The notes beneath the pieces were generated by a model. That model was not told where the DNA came from and ran no database searches. It was given only the letters and a program-made list of their open reading frames with translations. Of a stretch of DNA of 64,000 nt, positions 1-12,405 are shown in pieces (the first letter of the stretch is position 1; each line of letters opens with the position of its first letter). Both the position numbers and the translations under genes were made by a program. Source of the stretch: an uncultured Gammaproteobacteria bacterium (GTDB lineage: Bacteria; Pseudomonadota; Gammaproteobacteria; DRLM01); the NCBI GenBank assembly GCA_963729605.1, contig CAVSNY010000003.1, positions 64,001 to 128,000 on the forward strand. Direction: 5' to 3'.

Positions 1-790
1 GAAGTTGTTGCAGAAGTGCGACTACGACGTGGAAAAGGCCCAGACCGGTATCGTCTACATCGACGAGATCGACAAGATTTCCCGCAAGTCGGAAAATCCG
101 TCGATTACCCGCGATGTGTCGGGCGAAGGCGTGCAGCAGGCGTTATTGAAATTGATCGAAGGCACTATCGCCTCGGTGCCGCCGCAGGGCGGACGTAAAC
201 ATCCCCAGCAGGAATTCCTGCAAGTAGATACCTCCAACATCCTGTTCATCTGCGGCGGCGCCTTCGCCGGCCTGGATAAAATCATTCGCTCGCGTTCCGA
301 AAAAAGCGGCATCGGTTTCTCCGCCGAGATCAAGAGCGGTCAGGACCGCAAGGACGTCAACGAAGTCCTGCACAGCGTCGAACCCGAAGACCTGATCAAA
401 TTCGGTTTGATCCCCGAATTCGTCGGCCGCTTGCCGATCATGGCCACTTTGGACGAACTGGATGAGGCGGCGTTGGTGCAGATACTCACCGAACCGAAGA
501 ACGCATTGAGCAAACAATACGCGAAGCTCTTCGAGATGGAAGGCGTCGAATTGGAATTCCGCGACGAGGCCTTGCGCGCCATCGCCACCAAGGCCATGGT
601 GCGCAAGACCGGCGCGCGCGGCCTGCGTTCCATCATGGAACATGTCTTGCTGGATATCATGTATGAATTGCCGTCGCTGGAAGGGGTATGCAAGGTGATC
701 GTGGACGACAATGTCATACAAGGCGATTCCGAGCCTCTCATGATTTACGAAAATACCGAAAACCCGCGGCTCGCCCGGCAAACCGACTGA
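1..790 (+). CDS. clpX: ATP-dependent Clp protease ATP-binding subunit ClpX (5' truncated by window)
   Basis: Walker [34 protein letters not shown] loop, IGF loop, GARGLR; lies upstream of lon. Confidence 0.98.
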   Translation, partial: KLLQKCDYDVEKAQTGIVYIDEIDKISRKSENPSITRDVSGEGVQQALLKLIEGTIASVPPQGGRKHPQQEFLQVDTSNILFICGGAFAGLDKIIRSRSEKSGIGFSAEIKSGQDRKDVNEVLHSVEPEDLIKFGLIPEFVGRLPIMATLDELDEAALVQILTEPKNALSKQYAKLFEMEGVELEFRDEALRAIATKAMVRKTGARGLRSIMEHVLLDIMYELPSLEGVCKVIVDDNVIQGDSEPLMIYENTENPRLARQTD

Positions 791-843
791 TCGCACCGGC
801 CTGGGCCTGGGGTTCCTGTAACGGTGTTTCGCGCCAGCTATCG

Positions 844-870
844 CCGCTCCCCTCCAGGAGCGGTTTTTTT
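844..870 (+). terminator. Rho-independent terminator after clpX
   Basis: CCGCTCC-cctcca-GGAGCGG followed by T7. Confidence 0.8.
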
Positions 871-901
871 GTGTCCCATCAAAAATTACCGCAATCACCA
901 G

Positions 902-930
902 CTTGAACTTCTCCGCGCACGGCCGCATCT
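902..930 (+). promoter_or_regulatory. Putative sigma32 (RpoH) promoter of lon
   Basis: CTTGAA-N15-CCGCATCT, one mismatch to CTTGAA...CCCCATNT; lon is a typical RpoH target. Confidence 0.6.
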
Positions 931-1114
931 ATATGAAAGTCGTCTTTTCGGCATAAAGACTTCGCGGAGCACGGTCGATAGTCATGGTAGTGGAGCGTGG
1001 CAGTTAGGGACAGACAAGGGGCGGTATTGTGACTATCATTTCTTATAGGTTCGTGGCCTTGCTCGTCGCTGAGCAAGGTCGGTGCGGGCGTCATTCAAAG
1101 AGAGGTGTTCCATA

Positions 1115-3562
<2,448 letters not shown>

Positions 3563-3572
3563 CACGAGCAAT

Positions 3573-3605
3573 AGAAGACCGCCGGACGCCGCCCAGCGGT
3601 CTTCT
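3573..3605 (+). terminator. Hairpin downstream of lon, possible terminator
   Basis: AGAAGACCGC...GCGGTCTTCT 10-bp inverted repeat; weak U tract. Confidence 0.45.
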
Positions 3606-3717
3606 CGATATCGAGTATCTATCACACAAGCATATAAGCCGTGCGTTATACAATGGCCGCGGTGAATGTTTGTAATTAATTTGACGAAGAATTTTTCTGG
3701 TAAAACACGCCGTCGGC

Positions 3718-3746
3718 TTGACAGGTTAAGAGGCGGGATGTATAAA
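3718..3746 (+). promoter_or_regulatory. Sigma70 promoter of hupB
   Basis: TTGACA-N17-TATAAA. Confidence 0.75.
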
Positions 3747-3838
3747 TTGCGCCTCTAGCGTAGCGGTGCCTTTTCAATGACGACGCGTGCTGTGCCAAGG
3801 CGCCAGCGTAGAATAATGCTAACGAGGAGAAATACAGG

Positions 3839-4111
3839 GTGAATAAATCCGAATTGATCGACGCGGTGGCGGAGTCGGCAGACATTTCAAAAGCGGCGGC
3901 CGGTCGTGCCGTGGATGCACTGGTAGACTCTATCACCAAGGCATTGCAGAACAACGATCAAGTCACCTTAGTGGGGTTTGGTACGTTCAGCGTGCGTCAG
4001 CGTGAAGCCCGCGCCGGGCGTAATCCCCAAACGGGTGAAACCATCAATATCAAGGCGGCCAAGATTCCCGCCTTCAAGGCTGGTAAAGGACTCAAGGACG
4101 CCGTACAATAG
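3839..4111 (+). CDS. hupB: DNA-binding protein HU-beta
   Basis: [24 protein letters not shown]; GTG start after GAGGAG; follows lon. Confidence 0.97.
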   Translation: MNKSELIDAVAESADISKAAAGRAVDALVDSITKALQNNDQVTLVGFGTFSVRQREARAGRNPQTGETINIKAAKIPAFKAGKGLKDAVQ

Positions 4112-4141
4112 CGGCCCGCCCTTAGGGGTGGGTGGCAGCTG

Positions 4142-4217
4142 GGGTGCTTAGCTCAGCTGGTAGAGCGTCGCCTTTACACGGCGAATGTCGGGGGTTCGAT
4201 CCCCTCAGCACCCACCA
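4142..4217 (+). tRNA. tRNA-Val(TAC)
   Basis: GGGTGCT/AGCACCC acceptor stem, TCGCC-TTTACAC-GGCGA anticodon arm, GTTCGAT T-loop, CCA end. Confidence 0.97.
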
Positions 4218-4234
4218 AAAAGTTTTACGATTTA

Positions 4235-4311
4235 GGAGTGGTAGTTCAGCTGGTTAGAATACCGGCCTGTCACGCCGGGGGTCGCGGGTTCAAGTCCCGT
4301 CCACTCCGCCA
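4235..4311 (+). tRNA. tRNA-Asp(GTC)
   Basis: GGAGTGG/CCACTCC acceptor stem, CCGGC-CTGTCAC-GCCGG anticodon arm, GTTCAAG, CCA end. Confidence 0.97.
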
Positions 4312-4323
4312 TATTGCAAAACT

Positions 4324-4360
4324 GAAAGGGCACACTCAACCAGTGTGCCCTTTCTCATTT
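4324..4360 (+). terminator. Terminator after tRNA pair
   Basis: GAAAGGGCACACT-caacc-AGTGTGCCCTTTC 13-bp stem plus T-rich tail. Confidence 0.75.
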
Positions 4361-4452
4361 ATAGCGCACTGCGTATACAATAGCCGTCTTTGGGGTGGCG
4401 CGACGGGCTCGCGCGCACCGGACTCTCAACGACGAGGGAGAGCCTCTCGATC

Positions 4453-6363
4453 ATGCTTGAATTCATCCGTGAACGCGCTCAAGGCTGGGTGGCCTGGACC
4501 ATTGTCATATTTTTGATCGCTACCTTTGCGCTGTGGGGCATTCAGGAATACGTCAGTCCCGATCCCGCGGTCAATGTCGCGGTGGTGGACGGCAAGGAAA
4601 TTTCCGCTACGCAGTTTCAGCAGACCTATCAGCAGCAGCGCGCGCGTCTGCAGGCCATGCTGGGCGAGCATTTCAATCCGGCGATGTTGGACGAAAAGAG
4701 TATGAAGAACGACGTGCTCGACGGCATGATCGATCGCGAAGTACTGGTGCTCAATGCCGTGAAAAGCGGTATGCAAGTCGGCGATGTCCGGGTCGGCAGC
4801 TATATCCGCTCGATCCCCGAACTGCAAAACGCCGGACAATTCGACAAAGAGCTTTACAATAATCTGCTGCGTTCGCAGGGCTTGTCGGTAAAAAATTTCG
4901 AGCAGGCGGTCCGCGGTGATTTATTGTTGCAGCAGCTGCGACAGGGCGTGATGGATACCGCCTTCGTCACCCAGCCCGAGGTCGATGCCTTGATCCGTCT
5001 CCGCGAGCAGCGGCGCGAACTCGGCTATCTGATCGTGCCGGTCGCCCAATATCTGGCGGAGGCGCAGATCGATGAAGCGGCGATCAAACGTTATTACGAA
5101 GATAACCGCGAAAAATTCCGCACCCCCGAACAGGTGAGCGTCGATTATCTTGAATTGTCGGTGGCCAATCTGGCCGGCGGCGAGCAGATTACCGAAGAGG
5201 CCTTGCGCCAGCGTTATGAAGAACACAAGAGCGAGTTCTCGGTGCCCGAAGAGCGTCAGGCGCGGCATATCCTGATTCAAGTGGGCAGCGATGCGTCGCA
5301 GGCGCAAATCGACGCCGCGCGCACCAAGATTCAAGAAGTCTTGGCGCGGGCGCGCAAAGGCGAGTCCTTCGCCGAGTTGGCTCGTCATTATTCCGAAGAT
5401 CCCGGTTCCGCGCAAAACGGCGGCGACCTGGGCTTTTTCAGCCGCGGCGCGATGGACAAGGCCTTCGAAGACGCCAGTTTTTCCCTGGCCGAGGGTGAGG
5501 TGAGCGAGCCGGTGCGCAGCGCCTTCGGTTTCCACATCATCAAACTTGAAGACGTGCGCGGCGGCCAGTCCAAGCCTTTCGAAGAGGTGCGCTCGCAATT
5601 GGAGCGCGATCTCAAACGTCAACGCGCCGAAGAGCAATATTTCGCGCTAGCCGAGCAACTCTATAATCTGACCTTTGAGAATCCGGACAACCTGACCGTG
5701 GCGGCGGAGGCCTTGCGCCTGCCGATGCGCAGTACCGGCCTGTTCACCCGCGAACAGGGTTCGGGTATCGCCAGTCATCCCAAGGTGCGCGCCGCCGCCT
5801 TCGGCGATGACGTGTTGCTGCGCGGCAATAACAGCGAGGCCATCGAATTGGCCCCCGATCACGAGGTGGTATTGCGGATCAAGGAACACCAGCCCGAGGC
5901 GGTGCGGCCGCTGGAACAAGTGCGCGACGAGATAAGCCAGGCCTTGCGCGCCGAAGCCGCTAAGAAAAAAGCCGAAGAAGTCGGCCGCGCCTTGCTCAGT
6001 CGCATGGAAAAAGGCGAGGACGTGCTCGAGGTGGCCAAACAATTGAATCTCACCTGGGCGCGTCCCGGTCTGGTCGGACGTATGTCGGCGGAGATCAATC
6101 CGGAGATCACGGAAGAGGCATTCCGTCTGCAACGGCCGCTGCCCGGCAAACCGCTGTTCGGCGGCAAGTCGCTCTCGTCCGGTGATTTCGCGGTGCTGGC
6201 GGTTTATGAGGTCAAGGACGGCGATCCCACCGGGGTGGACGGCGGGTCAAGACAAAGCACGATCGAAACCCTGGTGCAGGGCAGGGCCGAGAGTGAGTTT
6301 CAGGGATATGTAGAAGCGCTCAAGGCCAAGACCGAGATCAAACGTTACCCCGATAAGATGTAA
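4453..6363 (+). CDS. ppiD: Membrane-anchored periplasmic chaperone / PPIase PpiD
   Basis: MLEFIRE start, N-terminal TM helix, SurA-like domain, parvulin motifs ARHILI, SEDPGSAQNGGDLG, FGFHII; conserved position after hupB. Confidence 0.93.
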   Translation: MLEFIRERAQGWVAWTIVIFLIATFALWGIQEYVSPDPAVNVAVVDGKEISATQFQQTYQQQRARLQAMLGEHFNPAMLDEKSMKNDVLDGMIDREVLVLNAVKSGMQVGDVRVGSYIRSIPELQNAGQFDKELYNNLLRSQGLSVKNFEQAVRGDLLLQQLRQGVMDTAFVTQPEVDALIRLREQRRELGYLIVPVAQYLAEAQIDEAAIKRYYEDNREKFRTPEQVSVDYLELSVANLAGGEQITEEALRQRYEEHKSEFSVPEERQARHILIQVGSDASQAQIDAARTKIQEVLARARKGESFAELARHYSEDPGSAQNGGDLGFFSRGAMDKAFEDASFSLAEGEVSEPVRSAFGFHIIKLEDVRGGQSKPFEEVRSQLERDLKRQRAEEQYFALAEQLYNLTFENPDNLTVAAEALRLPMRSTGLFTREQGSGIASHPKVRAAAFGDDVLLRGNNSEAIELAPDHEVVLRIKEHQPEAVRPLEQVRDEISQALRAEAAKKKAEEVGRALLSRMEKGEDVLEVAKQLNLTWARPGLVGRMSAEINPEITEEAFRLQRPLPGKPLFGGKSLSSGDFAVLAVYEVKDGDPTGVDGGSRQSTIETLVQGRAESEFQGYVEALKAKTEIKRYPDKM

Positions 6364-6546
6364 CGGCGCGGCGATCGTTGATCGGCGTTGTTTGCCGATG
6401 GGGTATCCGCGCTATTTCACCTTGAGATAGCTTCGAAAGAGCGAAGTCTGTTGTTTATTGGCACGCCATCGCTAATTTTCCCCCGGTGGGCGAAGATTAT
6501 TGATTCGAACCCGCACGGATAAACACGTGGATTGATGGCCGACGGG

Positions 6547-7761
6547 TTATACCGCGGCCGGCAAAAAACGCTGTACCACCGCCGCGCCGACCGCATCGCC
6601 CCAGACGTTGAGCGTGGTGCGGAAACGGTCGAGAAACCAGTCCACCGCCAGCAAGAGTCCGATGCCTTCCAGGGGCAGGCCCACCGCGTTCAGCACGATC
6701 ACCATGGTCACCAGGCCCGCTTCGGGGATACCCGCCGCGCCGATCGCCGCCAGCGTCGCGGTGATGAAGACGATGATTTGTTGCCCCGTGCTGAGTTCGA
6801 TGCCGTAGGCCTGGGCGATGAACAACGCCGCCGCCGCTTCATATAACGCGGTGCCGTTCATGTTGACCGTGCTGCCCAGGGGCACCACGAAACGCACCGC
6901 GCGTTCATCCACTTTATTTTCGCGCAGGCATTCCATGGTGAGGGGCAGGGTCGCGGAGGAGCTGGCGGTGCCGAAGGCGGTGAACAGGGCGCGCAGCATG
7001 GTGACCAGATAATCCATGCCGCGCCGGCCGATGAAAATCAAAATGGCCATCAACGCCACGAAATGGATCGCCAATCCGCTTAATACCGTGACCACGTGCA
7101 ACGCGACGCCCCTCAACTGGACCAGAAAGGCCTCGCCGCCGCCGGCCTGGCCGAGGCGGTCCGCCACCAGGGCGAAGATGCCGATGGGCGCGAAATACAT
7201 GATCCAGATGACGATCTTCATCAATGCGTCGTTGACGCCGTCGAAGAAGGCGATGACCTGTTGTCCTTTGGGCCCGATCATGGTCAGCGCGGCGGAAAAC
7301 AGGATGGCGAAGAGGATGATCGGCAGTAATTGCATGTCGGCGGCCGAGGCGATGAGGTTGGGCGAGACCATGGAGAGGGCGATGTCGCTGATCCCGGTGT
7401 CTTCCTTGCCTTGCACGCGCTCGGGAACGACCCCGCCCGAGAGTTGCATACCCGCGCCGGGCTGGATGAGGTTCACCATGATGAGGCCGATCAACACCGC
7501 GATGGCGGTGGTGCCGGCGAAATAAATCAAGGTGACGCCGCCAAGACGGCCCAGTTTGCGCACGTCCCCCAGCGAGGCGATGCCGCTGATCACCGCGGCC
7601 AGGATCAACGGCACGATGAGCATCTTGAGCGCGTTGAGAAACAAGGTGCCGAGCCAGGCGACGTTGGTCATGGCCGGGCCGAAGAACCAGCCGCATAAGC
7701 CGCCGCCGATCACGGCGACGACGATCAGTCCTAACAAGATGGCGGCGTGCTTGTGCGGCAT
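6547..7761 (-). CDS. Dicarboxylate/amino acid:cation symporter (DAACS, GltP-like)
   Basis: Multi-TM protein; AFGTASSSATLP, GSTVNMNGTALY, IGAAGIP, DWFLDRFRT motifs. Confidence 0.92.
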   Translation of the reverse strand: MPHKHAAILLGLIVVAVIGGGLCGWFFGPAMTNVAWLGTLFLNALKMLIVPLILAAVISGIASLGDVRKLGRLGGVTLIYFAGTTAIAVLIGLIMVNLIQPGAGMQLSGGVVPERVQGKEDTGISDIALSMVSPNLIASAADMQLLPIILFAILFSAALTMIGPKGQQVIAFFDGVNDALMKIVIWIMYFAPIGIFALVADRLGQAGGGEAFLVQLRGVALHVVTVLSGLAIHFVALMAILIFIGRRGMDYLVTMLRALFTAFGTASSSATLPLTMECLRENKVDERAVRFVVPLGSTVNMNGTALYEAAAALFIAQAYGIELSTGQQIIVFITATLAAIGAAGIPEAGLVTMVIVLNAVGLPLEGIGLLLAVDWFLDRFRTTLNVWGDAVGAAVVQRFLPAAV

Positions 7762-7821
7762 GGCGGCCCTTTGCGATGTGGGGACGCGGCGGCATACCGC
7801 CGCGCGGAATGAAGCGGGAGC

Positions 7822-8604
7822 TTAAGAGATACTCATGCCGACGGTATTGTAGCCGCCGTCCACGTAGAGGATTTCGCCGCTGATGCCCGAGGCCAGATCG
7901 GAACACAAAAAGGCGCCGGCGTTGCCGACTTCCTCGATGGTGACGTTGCGGCGCAGCGGCGACTGATGGGCGACATGTTCGAGCATCTTGCGGAAATCGC
8001 TGATGCCGGCGGCGGCGAGGGTCTTGATCGGCCCGGCCGAGACGGCGTTGACCCGGATGCCTTCGGGCCCGAGGCTCTGCGCCATGTATCGCACGTTGGC
8101 CTCCAGGCTGGCCTTGGCGAGCCCCATCACATTGTAATTGGGCACGGCGCGTTCGGCGCCGAGATAACTCAAGGTGAGCAGGGCGCCGTTGCGGCCGGCC
8201 ATCAGCTTGCGCCCGGCCTTGGCGAGAGCGGTGAAACTGTAGGAGCTGATCTCGTGCGCGGTGATGAAACCCTGGCGGGTGGTGCTGTCCACATAATCGC
8301 CTTCCAACTCCTCGCGCGGCGCGTAGGCCGCCGAATGGACGATGACGTCGAGATGGTCCCAGCGCTCCTGGAGTCGTTCGAACACGTTTTCGATCTGCTG
8401 GTCATCCGCCAGATCGCAGGGCAGGACGATCTGGGAGTGGCATTCCGCCGCGGCGTTTTCCACCCGCGACAGCAGCTTTTCGTTTTGATAGGTGAAGGCC
8501 AGCTCGGCGCCTTCACGGTGCATGGCCTGGGCGATGCCCCAGGCGATGGAGCGGTTGCTGGCGACGCCGACGATCAGCGCGCGTTTGCCTTGTAGAAATC
8601 CCAT
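7822..8604 (-). CDS. fabI: Enoyl-ACP reductase FabI
   Basis: [46 protein letters not shown]. Confidence 0.97.
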   Translation of the reverse strand: MGFLQGKRALIVGVASNRSIAWGIAQAMHREGAELAFTYQNEKLLSRVENAAAECHSQIVLPCDLADDQQIENVFERLQERWDHLDVIVHSAAYAPREELEGDYVDSTTRQGFITAHEISSYSFTALAKAGRKLMAGRNGALLTLSYLGAERAVPNYNVMGLAKASLEANVRYMAQSLGPEGIRVNAVSAGPIKTLAAAGISDFRKMLEHVAHQSPLRRNVTIEEVGNAGAFLCSDLASGISGEILYVDGGYNTVGMSIS

Positions 8605-8758
8605 ACGTCCATCCTTTGTCATTATCGATGTATTCGCGCCAGCAGATTAACACAAGCTCCGCGGGGCATGAAGTCGTTCACCGCTGGCGGAAGAATCCGT
8701 CCTGAGCAGAGCCGCTGCACGAGAGTGCGGGCTGTCCGGTGCCCGCGGTGAACGGAAT

Positions 8759-8797
8759 GCCCCTCTCCCCGGGCGGGAGAGGGGCAAGGGGAGAGAG
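8759..8797. repeat. BoxC-like CCCTCTCCC/GGGAGAGGG palindromic repeat
   Basis: GCCCCTCTCCC-cgggc-GGGAGAGGGGC plus purine tail; related copies elsewhere in the window. Confidence 0.75.
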
Positions 8798-9137
8798 ATA
8801 TTTTAAATCCCTGTAGTGAGCCGCGGGGCCAAGGCAATGTGCGGTGATTAAGTACAGGGCGCCTTCCCGTGCACCGTCGGAGCAAGCGAATCAAACGCAG
8901 CCCCGATTCGTGAAGCGTAATCCTATTGCAACGGTATGCATGCACGGTTTGCTATCACACTTTATGCCGGTAGATAAAACAAAGGCTTATTGCTAGAATG
9001 AAACGCGCTGCGTGAGGGAGAGGTCACCCGCGGCTCCCAGTTCGACACGCCATGAGGCTCGGCTACGAACTGTTTTACAGCGGTGTGCGCATCGAGACAA
9101 GGTACGCTAGGCCCATCACTTTATTTGGACATAAATA

Positions 9138-11009
9138 ATGGAACGGCGCTTCACCTTCAAAGATTTTTTTCTGTTCACCTTTCTTACCGTCTTGCTGGCC
9201 GTGGTGGTGTTGGCGATGTACATGGTCGATCGGCAATGGAGCAAGCTGGCGCAAATGCAGCAGACCATGGAAGAGCAAGCCGACGACATTCGCGGCTTGC
9301 GCGGCGCGATCACCACCCTCGAAAAAAATCTGCGCAGCGGCGCCGTCGCGCTGGGCGCGGCCGGCGGCGGTGATGACGGCCCGGTGCCGGCCGCCTTCCG
9401 GCGCGCCCACGCGGCCAGTCAAATGCCGGGCTATCAAAACGGCGATTGGCTGGTAGAGGCCTTTTCCGTAGGTTTGAAGACCATCACCCCGCTGGTGTCT
9501 TCCGACGCCTACGCCGCCGACGTGCAGAATTATGTCCAGGAATCCTTGCTGACCCGCGATCCCGAGACGCTCGAATGGCTGGGTTTGATCGCCGAGTCCT
9601 GGCAAGTAACGGAAGACGGCCTGACGTTCACTTTTCAATTGCGCAAGGGCGTCAAATTTTCAGACGGCAAGGAACTCACCGCCGACGATGTCGCCTTCAC
9701 CTTTGCCTTCATGATGAACCCGGCCATCAACGCGCCGCGGCAACGCGCCTATTACGAAAAAATCGCCTCGGTCACCGTGGTCGATCCTTATCAAGTCGTC
9801 TTCAAATTCAAAGAGCCGTATTTCGAGAGCCTGGCCCTGGCCGGCGGCATGGCGATCATGCCGCGGCATTTTTATGAAGATTATTTAAAGAAGCCGGACA
9901 CCTTCAATACGTCGAAGGGGCTGTTGCTGGGCTCGGGCCCATATCGGCTCAAAGATCCCAAGGGCTGGACGCCGGATCAAGGCATGGTGGAACTGGAACG
10001 CAATCCGCGTTACTGGGGCGCGGTGCAGCCGCCGTTCAATCGTCTGTTATGGAAGGTCATCGCCAACGACGCGGCGCGGCTCACCACATTCCGCAACGGC
10101 GAGATCGACACCTACGGCGCGCGGCCGCGTGAATACCAAACTTTGCTCGACGATGCCGGCTTCATCAAACGCACCCAGCATTTTGAATACATGAGCCCCA
10201 CCGCCGGCTACAACTACATCGCCTGGAATCAGCGGCGCGGCGGCAAGCCCACGCGCTTCGCCGACAAGCGGGTGCGGCAGGCCATGACGTACATCACCGA
10301 CCGCCAGCGCGTCATCGAGGAAATCATGCTCGGTTACGGCGAGATCGCGGTCAGTCCGTTCAGTCCGCGCAGCGCGCAACACGATAAGAGCCTCACGCCG
10401 CATTCCTACGATCTCACCAAGGCCAAGCAGCTGCTGCGCGAGGCCGGTTATACCGATCGCAACGGCGACGGCATTTTGGACGATGCCCAGGGTAAATCCT
10501 TCGAGTTCGAACTGGTGTTTTTCCAGGACAATGAAGACACCCGCCGCGTGGTGCTGTTCCTCAAGGACCTCTACGCGCGGGCCGGCGTAAAACTGGTGCC
10601 CAAGCCCACCGAGTGGTCGGTGATGATCGACCTGCTCAAGCAGCGCGATTTCGACGCCATCACCCTGGGCTGGACCAGCGGCCTCGAAACCGACATCTAT
10701 CAAATCTTTCATAGCAGTCAGATCGCCGACGGCGGCGACAACTTCATCTCATATAAAAACACCAAGCTCGATCAGCTGATCGAAAAGGCCCGCGCCAGCG
10801 TCGATGAAAAGGCCCGCATGCCGCTGTGGCAGCAGGCCGAGCGCATCCTGCATGAGGATCAGCCTTACACGTTTCTGATGCGGCGCCAGAGTCTGGTCTT
10901 CATCGACAAGCGCATCCGCAACCTGCAAATCACCAAGGTCGGTCTGAATCTGGGCATGGTCCCGCTGGAGGTGTTCGTGCCGGCCAACGAACAGCGTTAC
11001 ACGCAGTAA
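9138..11009 (+). CDS. Peptide ABC transporter substrate-binding protein (family 5) with N-terminal TM anchor and coiled coil
   Basis: LRKGVKFSDGKELTADDVAFTF, GSGPY, FADKRVRQAM. Confidence 0.9.
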   Translation: MERRFTFKDFFLFTFLTVLLAVVVLAMYMVDRQWSKLAQMQQTMEEQADDIRGLRGAITTLEKNLRSGAVALGAAGGGDDGPVPAAFRRAHAASQMPGYQNGDWLVEAFSVGLKTITPLVSSDAYAADVQNYVQESLLTRDPETLEWLGLIAESWQVTEDGLTFTFQLRKGVKFSDGKELTADDVAFTFAFMMNPAINAPRQRAYYEKIASVTVVDPYQVVFKFKEPYFESLALAGGMAIMPRHFYEDYLKKPDTFNTSKGLLLGSGPYRLKDPKGWTPDQGMVELERNPRYWGAVQPPFNRLLWKVIANDAARLTTFRNGEIDTYGARPREYQTLLDDAGFIKRTQHFEYMSPTAGYNYIAWNQRRGGKPTRFADKRVRQAMTYITDRQRVIEEIMLGYGEIAVSPFSPRSAQHDKSLTPHSYDLTKAKQLLREAGYTDRNGDGILDDAQGKSFEFELVFFQDNEDTRRVVLFLKDLYARAGVKLVPKPTEWSVMIDLLKQRDFDAITLGWTSGLETDIYQIFHSSQIADGGDNFISYKNTKLDQLIEKARASVDEKARMPLWQQAERILHEDQPYTFLMRRQSLVFIDKRIRNLQITKVGLNLGMVPLEVFVPANEQRYTQ

Positions 11010-11022
11010 CCGCCGCCGCGTC

Positions 11023-12405
11023 ATGCATACCTACATCATCCGCCGACTGTTGTTGATGATACCCACGCTGTTGGGGATCACCCTGGTGGTGTTCGCGGTG
11101 ATGGCGGCCTCGCCGGGCGGTATCAGCGCGCAGAGTTTGATCGAAGGCCAGAACCTCGATCCGCAGGCCAAGAAGGCGATGGAGGATTATTACAATCGCA
11201 TCTACGGCCTCGACGATCCCGCGCCGGTGCAATACCTGCGCTGGTTGAACAACGCCTCGCCGATCGGTTTCATCCTCGACGAAAATCATGAGATCAGCGG
11301 TTTTTCCTTGTTGAAAGGTTCCGACCTCGGCATCAGTTTTCGTTACGGCCGGCCGGTCACCGACCTGATGGCCGAACGCGTGCCGGTGACCTTGCTGCTC
11401 AATCTGCTCTCGGTGCCCATCATCTATCTCATCGCCATCGCGGTCGGCGTGCACTCGGCCACGCAACGCGGCAAATCCTTCGATGTGGTGTCGGGCGTGA
11501 GCATGCTCACCTTGTGGTCCATCCCCACCATGCTCGCCGGCGTGTTGCTGATCGGCTTTTTCGCCAGCAATCAATATTGGCACTGGTTCCCCACCGCCGG
11601 CCTCAGCCGGCGCGAGGCGCTGGACATGCCGTTCCTGCCGCATTGGAGTTCGCTGAGTGACGTATTGTTGTTATTCGGTTGCTTGATCACCGGCACGGTG
11701 GTGTTGACTATCTTGGCGCTGCGCGGCGGCACGCGCCTGCGCACCACGGTGATGAGCGCCCTCGGCGCGGCGCTGGGCATCGCGATGGCCCATGCCTTGC
11801 CCGGCGAGGCGACCTGGTTCATTCAAGGCTTGCTGGCGGTGTTGATCGCGGTGACCTTGGGCGCCATCGGCTACATGGATTTTCGCGGACTGCGGGTCGC
11901 CTTCATGGGTGCGACCGGCCTCATCCTCGGCGTGGCCATCGCCGCCAATCTGGCGCAAGGCGAATTCGTGCGCGGCTTTTTACTGGATCGCATCTGGCAT
12001 CTGGCCTTGCCGGTGCTGTGTCTCTCTTACGGCGGTTTCGCCTTTCTCGCCAAACTCACCCGCGGCGCGGTGTTGGAAAACCTGCTGGCGGATTACGCGC
12101 GTACCGCGCGTGCCAAGGGCGCGTCGGAACCGCACGTGTTGTGGCGGCATGTCTTCCGCAATAGTTTATTGCCGCTGATCACCGTCTCGGCGGGTTTGCT
12201 GCCCGGCCTGCTGGGCGGCTCGGTGATCGTCGAAAGCCTGTTCAGCATCGACGGCATGGGCAAGCTGGCGGTGGAGGCGGTGCAGGCTCGCGACCGCGAG
12301 CTGATATTGTCGCTGACCTTGATCAGCGGCCTGCTGACCTTGGCCGGTTATCTCATCGCCGACATTTGTTACGCCATCGCCGACCCGCGGGTGAGTTATG
12401 AGTGA
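11023..12405 (+). CDS. Peptide ABC transporter permease (OppB/DppB-like) with internal hydrophobic insertion
   Basis: YIIRRLLLMIPTLLGIT, EAA-type DYARTARAKG, HVFRNSLLPLIT, YAIADPRV. Confidence 0.92.
   Translation: MHTYIIRRLLLMIPTLLGITLVVFAVMAASPGGISAQSLIEGQNLDPQAKKAMEDYYNRIYGLDDPAPVQYLRWLNNASPIGFILDENHEISGFSLLKGSDLGISFRYGRPVTDLMAERVPVTLLLNLLSVPIIYLIAIAVGVHSATQRGKSFDVVSGVSMLTLWSIPTMLAGVLLIGFFASNQYWHWFPTAGLSRREALDMPFLPHWSSLSDVLLLFGCLITGTVVLTILALRGGTRLRTTVMSALGAALGIAMAHALPGEATWFIQGLLAVLIAVTLGAIGYMDFRGLRVAFMGATGLILGVAIAANLAQGEFVRGFLLDRIWHLALPVLCLSYGGFAFLAKLTRGAVLENLLADYARTARAKGASEPHVLWRHVFRNSLLPLITVSAGLLPGLLGGSVIVESLFSIDGMGKLAVEAVQARDRELILSLTLISGLLTLAGYLIADICYAIADPRVSYE

Noticed and set aside
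4142-4360. tRNA genes as integration sites
   Set aside because: No integrase and no duplicated tRNA 3' end seen in the window; flanking core synteny is intact (same for tRNA-fMet)
9001-9137. Possible riboswitch ahead of the ABC operon (GGAGAG motif)
   Set aside because: Lacks the remaining glycine, TPP, SAM or cobalamin consensus elements
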